In this document: in pieces, positions 48,110 to 59,691 of the stretch
How positions within the stretch are numbered: position 1 is the stretch's first letter
How the letters are laid out: each line of letters begins with the position of its first letter
Position numbers and translations under genes: made by a program
Assembly: GCA_030704615.1 (NCBI GenBank)
Contig: CM060731.1
Location: 42,718,001 to 42,782,000 of the forward strand
DNA from: Takakia lepidozioides
Taxonomy: Eukaryota > Plantae > Bryophyta
DNA: 64,000 bases
Direction: 5' to 3'
The notes under the pieces: model-generated
Told to the model about the DNA's origin: nothing
The model's database searches: none
The model's input: only the letters and a program-made list of their open reading frames with translations

Positions 48110-49424
48110 ACTGTTTGCAGCTGTTGAAACCCTGTAAGACTTTATTTACAACATGTACAATGGGTGAACGTGCATAGGATGATAAGTTCCCAAAAAGGGG
48201 GGGCGGGGGGGGGGGGGGGGGGGGGCCAAGAAACAAGAGAAGAAAACACAAAGCTATAGTAAGCTACTCAGCTAGAGAAGAAAACAAAAGCTATAGTAAG
48301 CTACTCAACCAGCGACGAAAACAGAAGCTATAGTAAGCTACTCAAGCAATGCGACCCTCCTAGCCAACAACCTGGAGGAGATCAGGCAAGAAGATAGGCA
48401 AAGTGTCAAGCATAGGCGGAAGATGAGATGACGCGGAGCTAGCCACATCAGCCCGATGCAAAATAGATATGGCTTGTGCTCTCTGCAAAGCAATTGAAAC
48501 ACGCTGTCGATAGTAGGCGACAAAGACGGAGGCATGTGGGATGCCAGTGGACCCGCTCTTGGCTGCATGATGTGCACATGTCCGAAGGAAATCGTCGAAG
48601 TGCCGGTGCAATGAGCCAAATATCTCGACCGCCAGCGGAAGAATCTGTCGGTGGGGTGACGATCGCTGTAGTCGCGCTCCTTGGCCTGAGCTGCTACAGT
48701 GGCTGTCGTGTCTGGTGTAGTAGTTGCGCGAGAAGTGAGCAGGGAGGACAAAATCTGCAGGGAGACCGGACGGAGACCACACCGCACATTTGCGAGGTTG
48801 CACTGAAAGGCCCACGGCAGAGAGTTGGGTGACAAAATGATGGTAAGCTGAAAGTACCTGTGAGGCAGGGCCTACAATGTGTGTGTCGTCTGCCACCGAC
48901 GGAAAAAGACAAGATGAGTGTACTTGTGCAGAAGTCGTGAGGGCGTGGACGTAAGCCATAGCAAACAAAGGTCCTCTTAAAGGGTCGCCTTAGCGGGTCC
49001 CAACCTCGGACTGAATGATGGAGCACTCACCTAGGCGAGAATGATGACTGTAGTATAGGGGAGTGGTGGATGCATAGAATAATCGAACAAACGGAATGAG
49101 CTGGTGGAAATCTCCTCCGGCTGAACGGAGCTCTTGAAAGATAGCCGCTCGTGACACAGTGTTGAAAGCGATGGTGACGTCGACCTGGAGAACCACCCAA
49201 TCCGGATGAAGATCAAGAGCTGCACGAATCCCCTGAACCACCGCCTCGCAACCTCCTGGAGTGGCGACCCCAAACTGGTGAGGAAAAAGGTGTCCGGAGA
49301 AGGCATCTCGAAACTGAAGACAAAGTGAGCGGCTGACAAGGCGGTAAAGAACCTCTCCAACTGCAATAGGGCGGATGCCAGTACTTGAGGGTTTGCTCAT
49401 TGCCAAAGAAAGCAGGCTCCAGAG
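48110..49424 (-). mobile_element. CRE-like RLE non-LTR retrotransposon, 3' half (RT, RLE C-terminus, 3' UTR); internally deleted and frameshifted
   Basis: RT motifs GIRPIAVGE, PHQFGV..GGCEA, LQVD..AFNTVSR, GTR*GDPL..LFA and ADD, then AQAKERDY, PLAVEIFG and RVSIALQRAQA. AATAAA on the minus strand near 48141. Confidence 0.88.
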
Positions 49425-49454
49425 TTCTTGTCTCCCTACACTTTACTCAGTTAT

Positions 49455-49456
<2 letters not shown>

Positions 49457-49497
<41 letters not shown>

Positions 49498-50627
49498 CTG
49501 ATTCAGATAGAGGTATCGATACAATGGGCGACGTCGCCGCCAGACCTCGGCAACGCCTGTAGCGCCGCCAAGTTAGTGGAGGTGTTGGCAGTAGCGACAG
49601 CGGTAGCAGCGCAAAGCGAGCGAGCAAGCGGACGTTATGCAACAGTGGGCCCCACGCCGGTCAGCAGCCTCGATCGGCTCGTCCCCCAGCTCGTTCAGCC
49701 CCAACGCCATACAGGTAGCTAGCTCCAGCCCTCACCACAACCCCTTTACTGTCTACTCCACCATCCCTGTCAGTTCGCTCCCGAGAGCAACGAGAGGTGT
49801 TGAACACAACCGCAATTGATCCTCCTGGAAGACCCCAAGGCTAACGTACCCCTACCCCTAGATCACATGTTCCTGATGCGCACCAGAGTCCAAGCTCCAG
49901 ACACCAAGTTCAAGAAGAGTCGTCCTCTTCACAACGGTCTTCTCCACCGCTGATTCTAGGTTTTTCCATTGGCGCCCCACCGACCGAAGAACTTCCACAA
50001 TGTCTGTTGAGCCCTCCCCCACTGCACCTCTCAGGTAGGGTTCGAGGTCCCACGCCAGTCACTTCTCCTCCAGGTTCTCCAGCCCGTTCTCGGCAGTGGC
50101 TTTAAGGCAGCCCAACTCCTCTTAGTCATGAGCCTCTCCACGTGCCTTCTTCTCCAGTTGTGCAGCCTGCATTGCCGACCCCATCACTCTTACCCCAACA
50201 GCAGGCGCCTATCCCATCAAACCATACCCCATGCCCAGCTTGCGGTCGTCTTTTTGCGCGCATCAGAGGGCTTGCAGGTCACCAGCACACGTGTGCGGCT
50301 CTTCATCAGTCCCACACAGATGATACTTCTTCATTTCAGCCCAGTGTCTTGCACGCGGCATTGGCTTTCAGCTCTAGATGTACTGGGCGCATTTCAGCTA
50401 GGACTGCCAAGGCCTCGTCTTTATACAAGAATTCCGGTGGCACTGCGTCATGAGATCCAACTGGCACTCCGTCTGCCCTTAGACAGGCTGGCTCGTGATC
50501 TTGCTGATATACCAGCATGGTATCTTTTCTTGTTATTTCCTCAGTGGTGTTTGGTTTTTCCCCCTCGTGGTGGTCAGTCAGGGCACAGAGAGACACGCAT
50601 CCGTCTTTGCCGTTTTTTATCTGGAGA
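49457..50627 (+). mobile_element. CRE-like element, 5' half in opposite orientation, preceded by (GA)~19
   Basis: Pro/Ser-rich leader, zinc finger CPACGRLF...GLAGHQHTC, and AWYLFLLFPQWCL..PPRGG, typical of the pre-RT region of RLE elements. Confidence 0.75.
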
Positions 50628-51330
50628 GCAGCGAACTTGTGAAAATACCCAAACTGAGGAACTGTCAATTGTGGATTATCTCGGAGTGGCATTCCACCAG
50701 TGTGCCAAAGTGGTGGTTGACAGAACCGATATTGGTTCTTCTGACCACTTTCTTGTCTGGATTGGGATCAAGAGTGTATTCTTAGCACCGAGAGATGGAC
50801 TGCTGTAATATAGAAAATGACAAAGAGCTGTGGTCTAGATATTACCAATTCCGCAAAGATGTAAACCAGCATGTAAGACCTCAGAAGAAAGTTTATTGGG
50901 AGGAGTTGTACTGAGATACCATGGTGGTATATAAAAGAGATTCTGGTTCGCCTTACAGCGTTTGTACATGCCGAAAAATGGCCAGCAAGTACAGGCTTTA
51001 AGGAAATATAAGGGTGCAGTGGTGACTTCAATGGTTGACATCATCAAAACCTTTGAAACACACTACAGACTTCTTGGCCATGAATCAAACTCTAATAGCG
51101 AGGGGCCTTCTAAAGAATGGAAGGACACAGTAGAAAAAACGGTTCCTACATTCCAAGGCAGCCCTGCTGAACTGGAGTATATCTCAAAGGGTTACAACGC
51201 CCCCCATTAGTTCTTCTGAGGTCGTGGAAGCTGTCAAGCATCTAAGCGGCTATAAAGCAGGTGGACTTGATGGCATTGTCAACGAGCTAATCAAGTATGG
51301 TGATGCCACTATGAGGGTTTTAACCAACAA

Positions 51331-52311
51331 GAGAGGTTTCTGATTTGGTGTAGAGTTTGGACCCTAGTAGAGCCCCCAAAGTTTCCACTTCCCTCTGGCT
51401 TACTATGAACGGTGGGCTTCGTGCAGCGAAATAAGAGGATGGGTTACTCCTCCCTTTGCCGTGTTTGTCATTTAGGGATTGCTGCAACTACAAGGCACCT
51501 ACCTTGGGAGTGTGAATTTGCGAACTAGGCTTCAGGGCAAACTTGCATAGCAGTTGTAGATCAGTGGCAATCGGCTCTCCTTGGATACATTGCTCTTCCT
51601 TCACAAGCCGCGGTTGAGGATTGGGATATTGATAGAGTAAGGGACAGAAGAGATCCTCATCAAGCATGGACACGTTAGATGTAAAAAGGTCACGGTAGCT
51701 ATTCTCTTTGTCAAGATTTGCATAAAGTTTGGGCGAACATTATCAGTGCTCGTCAGGCGTACAGTGGTCTCGCATTTGGTGAGCCATGTTGTCAACAGGC
51801 TCAAGCTACCTTAGAACAAGAGTTCATTGTTTGTTGGGCCTCTCACAATGTCTTTTACAATTGGGATTTGGGGCTGGCAGTTGTTTTCTTCCTCCATAGG
51901 GCTAGTGGTTCTATTGAGTAAATCTCTTCCTTTCCCCTACAGGAGGAAACCAAAAAGGGGGTAATAATAATAACAGTGAAGTCGTAGGTACCATTCTCTT
52001 GTGATGTGGACGATGGGGTTGTTGTAGCACACGGTGTGCTCACGTTCTACCAACCCCCCGCACTCGTATCCAGTTGATTGCAAACATGTAGTGTAACATC
52101 ACGTAAATACTGAAGAAGCGCATTAAAAGTTAGGATGTCAAGGAGGGTGATACTACTTGACCTTGCTCAAGCTTCATGGAAGTTGCATATATCTTAACAA
52201 TACTGCCTGCAAGATCTGAACTCCAGATTGGGTCCTCAAATCTGACCTCCGAGTCACCTATGGGAGAATATCGGGCAGGGAGATACTGAGAGCATCATAG
52301 TTTGTACTTGT
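51331..52311. pseudogene. Rearranged remnant of a GH1 beta-glucosidase paralog
   Basis: 51960-52311 aligns to 6283-6650 (ITENG exon plus introns). 51805-51930 aligns to 12265-12430. 51331-51800 aligns inverted to ~11590-12070. Confidence 0.85.
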
Positions 52312-53269
52312 AGCCTTGTAGGCAAGTGATAAAAGAGGCCCGGGAGTTGAATGCTGCCTCAGCGGGCCTGCCTGCGTGGCCCCACCCCCGCCCTCCGCCT
52401 CCCCCCCCTCGGGGCAAAGCCGCGGCCCGCGGTTGCCGCGCCAGGCACCCCACTCCCACTCCACCTGCCGCCCCCGCGCCGGGTCTCTTGCTCGCAAAAA
52501 TACTGCCACACATTGAAGTCAGTATTACTGTATGGCACGCATCCATCATGCATGCCCCATGAATGCAAGAAGTGCATCCATCACATCATAACTTTGCCAT
52601 CATACAGTCATGTATGTGTGAACATGGCTCCTCATACGCTCATATTAGAGACCCTAAACATTCAAATTTGAAATTTGAAACAACATCCAATGTACCTCCA
52701 AAACGAATGGACGTCATTTAGCGGATGATTGTTGTCATCCAGGTGATTGACCACCTGTCCCCAGCGCTCTTCATCCCCTCATTCTCTGTCTCCGAAATTG
52801 TGTTCTCGCCAGTGCGTACATACAGGCGGAAGGGGACGCTTCGCATACGAGACATTTTTCTTCAGTATTCATGTCGCTTGAACAGTTCAATCATCTTCAT
52901 ATCGACCTCGCCCACAGTCTGTAAATGCAGAGGACAATCTCGAGAAACAACTCAGACGTTTCCTCCATCGAAGTGCTTTCACAGGTTGGTGTCACCACCG
53001 TAACTCTTTGCTCTCCTGCTGTCCCCCTTGTGTTTTCTTTCTGTTGCACACCATGAAGTAGCACTCCCAATGTGCGTATTCAGAGTTCTCATTTTTATCA
53101 TTTCTTGTTGTCCTTGCTGTTATTGGCCTTTTCTTCATATTCTCTTGGCGGCGTGGTAGAAGTCCTTTGTCTCCATTGTCCTACCATTGGCTGGACTCGG
53201 AAAGTGTTCATTCCAAAGGTTCTCCTCATCTTTGTTATCTGTTTTTGGATGTTCCACACTACCACACTC

Positions 53270-53890
53270 CCTTCATACATGTCCATGAGGGTATTGTTCA
53301 GAATGAAATTTGGTACAATTGCAGCTCTGACAATGTCACCATGGACCTCTTTGCCCTTTTCCAGAGTTGCCAGGCTTGCACACGCATTGCAGATACACAC
53401 AAACGTGATGTGGTCGGGCTTCACCCCTTCCCCCATCATTTGATCACAGGTCTCCAAAGCCTCCATAACATGTCTCTGCTGTGCATATTACCCTGCAAGG
53501 ATCGCGTTCCATGACACCACACCTCGTTTAGCCATAGTGTTGAAAACTCCCTTTGCATCCTTAATGCACCCACATTTGGCATACATGTCCACCAGGGTTA
53601 CCTGGAGTATGAGAATGGTAGGATATGCCAGACATCAGTGTGGTAAAGAAGAATTTGAGATCTATGAGCATAAGTGAAATGTGATCCCTTTCAACATGAT
53701 GATTGCATAATATGCCCAACATTGGTTTGGTAGGGATGCTTTCCAGATCTATGAGCAAATGCAATGGGAAGGGGTGTTGCCCAACATGGCCACATTTGTT
53801 TGTGTTCTGAATTTGTGTGTTGGCCTAAGAGTGGTAGAAAAGGGCAAAGAAGTCCATGTTGACATTATCAAAGCTGGAACTATGCCAGAT
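53270..53890. pseudogene. PPR (PLS) fragments in both orientations
   Basis: Minus strand: LVDMYAKCG..VSWNA..GVKPDHITFVCICNACAS..GKEVH (53270-53600). Plus strand: GVLPNMATFVCVL..GKEVH (53700-53890). Confidence 0.9.
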
Positions 53891-55677
53891 ATACAATTAG
53901 TTCGCATCATTTATACCTTGCTGAGGATTTATGCTAGGCATTGGCTGTGTAGGTTTTCACGCTGCTACAAGTGTTGGCAGACGCAACTATCACGATGAAA
54001 GAGAGCAAAATGATAGAGAACCGGAGAGAATACCACGAGACATATGATACTGATGAATACGAGTCCCTCATATTCGAGGCCTACACAAGGGCAAGGGTCC
54101 ATGAACCTGGTGCATCAAAGCTGAAAAACTCTGTTAAACTCTGTTAAAGAAGATGATTCAAACATGTGAAGCTAAAAAATTGGCTACATTTTAAAAAAGC
54201 TGCCAGAAGATATTAGCCACTTGCTTCAGCTTCCTGTGAATCACTGGCAAAAGAAAGACAACCCCAAAGACAACAAATGATCTGTTCATACAAACTATGT
54301 GCGCTCCCATTCTTAATTAAATGTACAATTGATTTGTGTCTCCATATGCATCATTTCTATAATGTGTTGCTCTGAACTCCATCTCATTGATTAGGCACCT
54401 ATGGTCATCCACTGTCTCTCACAATCCTCCAAAGGTGCCTGTTCTCTGGCAGCCAGCCCATGGAGGTCATTGCAAGAAAATTTGGTGATGGCATTGCTGA
54501 TGTAATTCCAGGTCGAGCTCCATGGTCAACAGGGACCAAGGGACTAGTAAGCCTTATAGACCAACGTGGGTAACTAATTTATGTATCACAACAATTTCCT
54601 TGCCAACTAATATAAATCCATGTTATAGATACCAACTCATTTTGAACTCTTTGAGCCATGTTGGTGGCGTTTGGAACCAATAGTGATAGTGCATGGTGAC
54701 TTGCCTCTGCCCATAACGTGAGTGGCAACAAGGGTCAAAGCACGATCTTTTTCATCAAGCCAATGCTTGGACCCTTCAAACGCAGTAACAAACGAGCCCA
54801 AGGTACGGCAGTCACTTGTGTGTTGGTTGTAGGTTTGGTACTCATTTGGGGTTCCAAAATGGAATGAGATTTACCTGTAGGACAGATTCCTGAAACTGCT
54901 TGAAGACATTGGCTGTTGGCATGGTGGTCATCCATGACACATTCCCACCAAATGTTTGCTACTGCATTCTCTCTGGAATCTGGCCATATACTCCCCATGT
55001 TTCCTACAACTATCTCATGTGAGACATGAAGTTGTGAATTCTGCACATGAATTTCATGGAGGGGATCTCGGCCTGGTGAGGGTTGATGCCACTAATGGAC
55101 AATAGCATGGTTGCCATTGGCAGAAGAATTGTGACGTTTGCTGCTTGGATGTCCCCAATACTCTTCCTCTGTTTGTGGGTCATCACCCGTTCCGTGCTTC
55201 TCTGACTGCAATGAATTATAAAGAGAACATAACCCTGGATTTTGACTACTTCATTCTTACTGCAAATAGCACAGTGTGCAGACGACACTCATAAGTCAAT
55301 ATGAGTATACATGCACTATATGCACATATGCACTCATACTTTCTGTATGTGTTTTCATTCATAGTATAATAACGTCTAATCTTCATTCGTTCCCAATATA
55401 CATTATGTACGGTATGATTCATCCCAAAGTTGCAGTGGCTCTCCAACTTGCATGTAAAAGCTATCATGCATGCATCCATTCCATGATTTTATCTGATGAC
55501 AATCGCAAGCCCTAGAGCAGCAGTCCATGAGACTGTTGCATGTCAGTCCAAGCCATGAGCAGCCCCATGTATATTGTTCTTAGGCATCTTCACATCCTTA
55601 TGAGGATGGAATTTCGTTAGTATGCATATCATGAACACAAGCATGATATCTCAATGGAAGCAAGGAAAACCGGACAG

Positions 55678-57264
55678 AGGGTAGCTACCGTGTGAGCATG
55701 CTTACGCTTTAAGTGGTAAACGTGAGCAGAATCCCTTAAGCGTGAGCAGATTAGTGAATGGGAGCCTACAACCGAGGGAAGAAGATGACCTATTGCCGTG
55801 GACAAAACTACACTGCACGGACACAATCTCCACCCCATCCAACGGAAGAATCCTTGCTGGGTGACGACCATATGGTACGAATGTGCGATCAAAAGCTGCT
55901 GGATGAATGGTTTTGAGATGAATGAAAAAAAGAATAGATGAATGTTGGATGACTTTTGGATGAAAAATGAGCGACATGGATGAACCATGGTGCGTGTGCA
56001 AGTGCTCGGGATTAGGGTGTCGTCAACGACATCTTAATTCCCAATACGAGTTGACACATGACAGCTTATGGAAAAACCAAAATCCCAGAAATTGTTTTTT
56101 CCCAAAAACATTAATCAAAAAAATTTCAACCCAAAAAACTTTCAAGGCGAAGAAGCCTTGGCGGTTAGGCGGTGTGTGTGCAAGTGGTGGGGATTAAGGT
56201 GTCGTCAACGACATCTTGATTCCCAGCAAGTTTTCAAAGAAAAAAAAAAAAAAAAAAAACCATTTTTTGTTTTCCCCCGAATGTGCAAGATTAAGGTGTC
56301 GTCAACGACATCTTATTTCCCAGTACGAGTTGGCATATGACAATTCATGGAAAAACCAAAAACCCCAAAAAAAATCTGATGGCGAACAAGCCTTGGCGGT
56401 AAGGCGGTGTGTGTGCAGATGTTGGGGATTAAGGTGTCGTCAACGACATCTTAATTCCCAGTACGAGTTGGCACATGACAAATCATGGAAAAACCAAAAA
56501 TCCCAAAAAAATTCACCCAAAAAGTTTCAACCCACAAAAATCTGATGGCGAACAAGCCTTGGCGGTAAGGCGGTGTGTGTGCAGATGCTGGGGATTAAGG
56601 TGTCGTCAACAACATCTTAATTCCCAGCACAAGTTGGCATATGACAATTCATGGAAAAATCAAAAACCCCAAAGAAATTCACCCAAAAAAAATCTGATGG
56701 CGAACAAGCCTTGGCGGGAAGGCTGTGTGTGTGCAGGTGCTGGGGATTAAGGTGTCGTCAATGACATCTTAATTCCCAGTATGTGTTTTGAAATGTTTAT
56801 TTATAAAGCATGAGTTCACCTCTCTGCCTTCTTTAGATTTGGGTGTGAGCATTTCTCTCAACCTTGGATACGTGGAAAAATGACAAGTAACCCTTCCTCA
56901 ATCCACAAAGCAATGTGGATTCATTGTTGGCAATATACACTGCACTTTTACAATTGATTTGCAAGCAAGACTAGAATGGTTTAAAGGATTTCGGAGCTAC
57001 TACTACAAAACAACTTTGTATTATTTCATTTATTTCATTCATCCATGTCTCATTCATCATACAAACATTCATCCGCCATTCATCCCTCATTCATCCCAGC
57101 AGCATCCATAACCGAGCTTGTAATACTGGCCACTATGCGCAGTAATAGGTCTTCTAAGTCAAGTAGGCGCCCGCGGTTATAGGTGGGCAGATCCTGAAGC
57201 GTGAGCAGATTTCTGCTCACGGATGTTTCTGCTCGCGGGATCTGCTCATAGAATAGCATCCCCC
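55678..57264. mobile_element. Probable non-autonomous DNA element with weak inverted ends, containing the hairpin array
   Basis: TGAGCAGA motifs at both ends. (GATGAAT)-rich 55895-55985 mirrors (ATTCATC)-rich 57020-57105. Confidence 0.45.
56000..56782 (+). repeat. Array of six palindromic 35-46-bp cores with homologous A-rich spacers
   Basis: GGGATTAAGGTGTCGTCAACGACATCTTAATTCCC, or a close variant, at ~56008, 56190, 56288, 56425, 56591 and 56743. Confidence 0.95.
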
Positions 57265-57959
57265 AACCAGACATGCTACCTTTTGGTCAAATAATTTAGT
57301 TGAAAACCTTTTATGGGTGCATGATACCGACAAAAAAATGGATTTAATGTGCTGGTTGAGCCAATGCAGCAAGTCAAAGTTGAGTCCATCACCATCTCTT
57401 CTTCCCACATTGAACAATGGGGGTTAACAATCGTACGCCCACCTACTATAAGGATGGGTATCTAAAAGACCAAGAAGTCCACCATGTAGCCAAAATGCTC
57501 TAATGTAAGAATTCGGCCATGATTTGACTCCTAGAATCAAAGTAGTGACGGCCTTCTTTCACTAATCCTGCATGACTACATTAAGAAAGAAGAGATATAA
57601 ATGTGATACCATCCAGCTTCAAGCCTTCATATTGAATTTGTTCAAATTGTTGGAGGGCTTCCTCACACCATCCATGCTATCAATATCGTGCAATCGTAGT
57701 ATTCCATGAGACCAAATCTCGTTAAGCCACATTGTTGAATACTTGGTGTGTTTCCTCCAAGCTTCCGTATTTTGCATACATGTCAGCAGGGCAATTTCCA
57801 GAACGATATCTAACCAGTTTTCATTTTCGATGAGGCCAACATGGACCAATTCACAATATTTTCGTGGCTCCTAACATGCATTGAGAACACAATGAAAGTG
57901 ACCCTACCAGGCGCCACCCCTTCCTCTTGCATTTTCCATACATATGGAAAGTTTCCTGT

Positions 57960-58035
57960 GCATACACATGTGCACTCTCTATGCTCCCACTTTTGGCAAA
58001 TGTGTCAACAAGGGCAGTATCCAGAATGCATAGCT
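57960..58035 (-). pseudogene. Small PPR S-motif fragment
   Basis: Reads LDTALVDTFAKSGSIESA. Confidence 0.6.
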
Positions 58036-59691
58036 GCAACTGAACCCAACCCTAAACCTTTGACAATGGTGTGCATGTCATTTATCCTAAACCCTAAACC
58101 CCAAAACATCATGAATGGACTGCATATAATATGAAATAGGTCAATATTGATCATAAACTTTGTGAACTAAGTTGTTAAGGAAAGAAAAAAAAACGATAGA
58201 ACATATGTGCACATCCCTGGAGCGAGCTATTGAATTATGGAAAGTGATGCCCGAGGTCACCTTCAATTCTTGTAATACAACATCAATCAAAAATTGCAAA
58301 GTCGACAGCTTTATGCCTTACTAGTCTCCCCAGGTCCCAAAAGTATCAGCAAAGTAACAAACTCTTCACCTCAGCTCTATATGAAACCCACTCTTCACCT
58401 TAGCTCTATGTAAAAGCTTGCATGAAGTGCCCAAAACTAGCAAAACAGACCCACTTTTGCACTTTGCTAACTACTATAGTGAGAAAAGGAGACCTGAGTC
58501 ACAATATGAAGATTTGTGAACCTACGCATTCAATATATGTGAAAGAACCAACAAAGAACGATTGGGTTTTAAATGCTCATTGCAGAACTCACTCACCCGC
58601 AGAGTACAACCTGGAGGAAGAGTAGAATGAAGATCCGGAGAAGACAAATGACAAAGTCGATCGTTTTGGAGCGATAATAAGGACCTGTACGCAAGAAACG
58701 TTTGGAGTGCAAGCGTTGCAACCTCTGAACACGGCGACCACATCCTCAATCGTAGCAGGATTGCCACTGCTGCCCACAAAATCGACGTGCACCACAGGAC
58801 GCCAACAATAGCAACGAAAGCAAGAGCTGGTACGTGTATTCTCCACCTACCCTCATCATTTTACATGCAATGGCATGCATGGGGATGGAGGGTGATGCCA
58901 TGCATGAGGGCAGAGGGCACGTCTCATGTCCTGGCAGGGGGAACATGAGGTGCGGGAGGGCGTGCCGCGCGGTGTGCGGGCGATGGAGGGGGGGTGGGCG
59001 TGGGGTGGCGGGGGTCCACGCTGGCTGAACCAGCTCCCTCGCATTCAACTCCAGGCCCCATCTAATGCTTGGCGCAAGAAAGAAGGAGAGGGGTACCAGC
59101 ATCCGGAATCATGGCAGCGCAATGAAGTGAAGTGAAGTCCCTTTTCTTTACGCTCGAGTGTGAAATTGGTGGGATAGGCTCATGTTGGGTGACCCAACTT
59201 GTATGATGGCTAAGTCATGAAGTCATGGATGTATTTCTTGCATTCATGGGGCATGCATGGTGGATGCGTGCAATACAGTAACACTGAGTTCAATGTGTGA
59301 CGGGAGCAAGGGACCCGGACCCGGTGCGGGGGCAGCGGGAGGGGGGCGCCTGGCGGTGCGACCGTGGGCCGCGGCGCTGCCGCGAGGGGTGGGGGCGAGG
59401 CGGAGGGCGGGGGTGGGGCCACGCAGGCAGGCCCGCTGAGGCAGTCCCGGGGCTCTTTTATCACTTGCCCTCTCGGCACCTGTCCGAAGTCCCAGAACCT
59501 GCAAGGACCAGAAACAAACAAACAGACCGGATCCGAATCCCGATTCCTCAGAATAGAAACGCAGTATTTTGTTTTTTCTCTTAATGAAAGGGGACGGAGG
59601 CGGAGTAAATATATGTACAGCGTCACCTGTGGACCACAGGTACAAGTACGGCAGAGAGCAGCGTATGAGTTGATTGTGCGTCGGAGCAGCG

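Larger units (their letters stand above)
47865..51325 (+). mobile_element. Degenerate APE-type LINE (RTE/RTEX-like), interrupted by the CRE-like insertion
   Basis: Endonuclease VVLVGDFNA..NSNGKR (47940-48105) resumes at ~50628 with SIVDY..DIGSSDHFLVW, then pre-RT EVVEAVKHL..KAGGLDGIVNELIKYG. Confidence 0.85.
52321..59470. mobile_element. Candidate Mutator/Pack-MULE-like block bounded by ~270-bp GC-rich inverted repeats (52321-52594 and 59211-59470)
   Basis: Both ends start (G)GGCAAGTGATAAAAGAG and align over about 270 bp at roughly 80% identity. No TSD or transposase was seen. Confidence 0.55.

Noticed and set aside
56000-56782. CRISPR array
   Set aside because: Spacers are homologous to each other and long and variable (about 60-150 bp), there are no cas genes, and the context is plant nuclear DNA.
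58040-58105. Interstitial telomere array
   Set aside because: Only two or three scattered AACCCTA units.
58465-58481. CACTA terminus (CTATAGTG)
   Set aside because: No matching partner end was found in the window.
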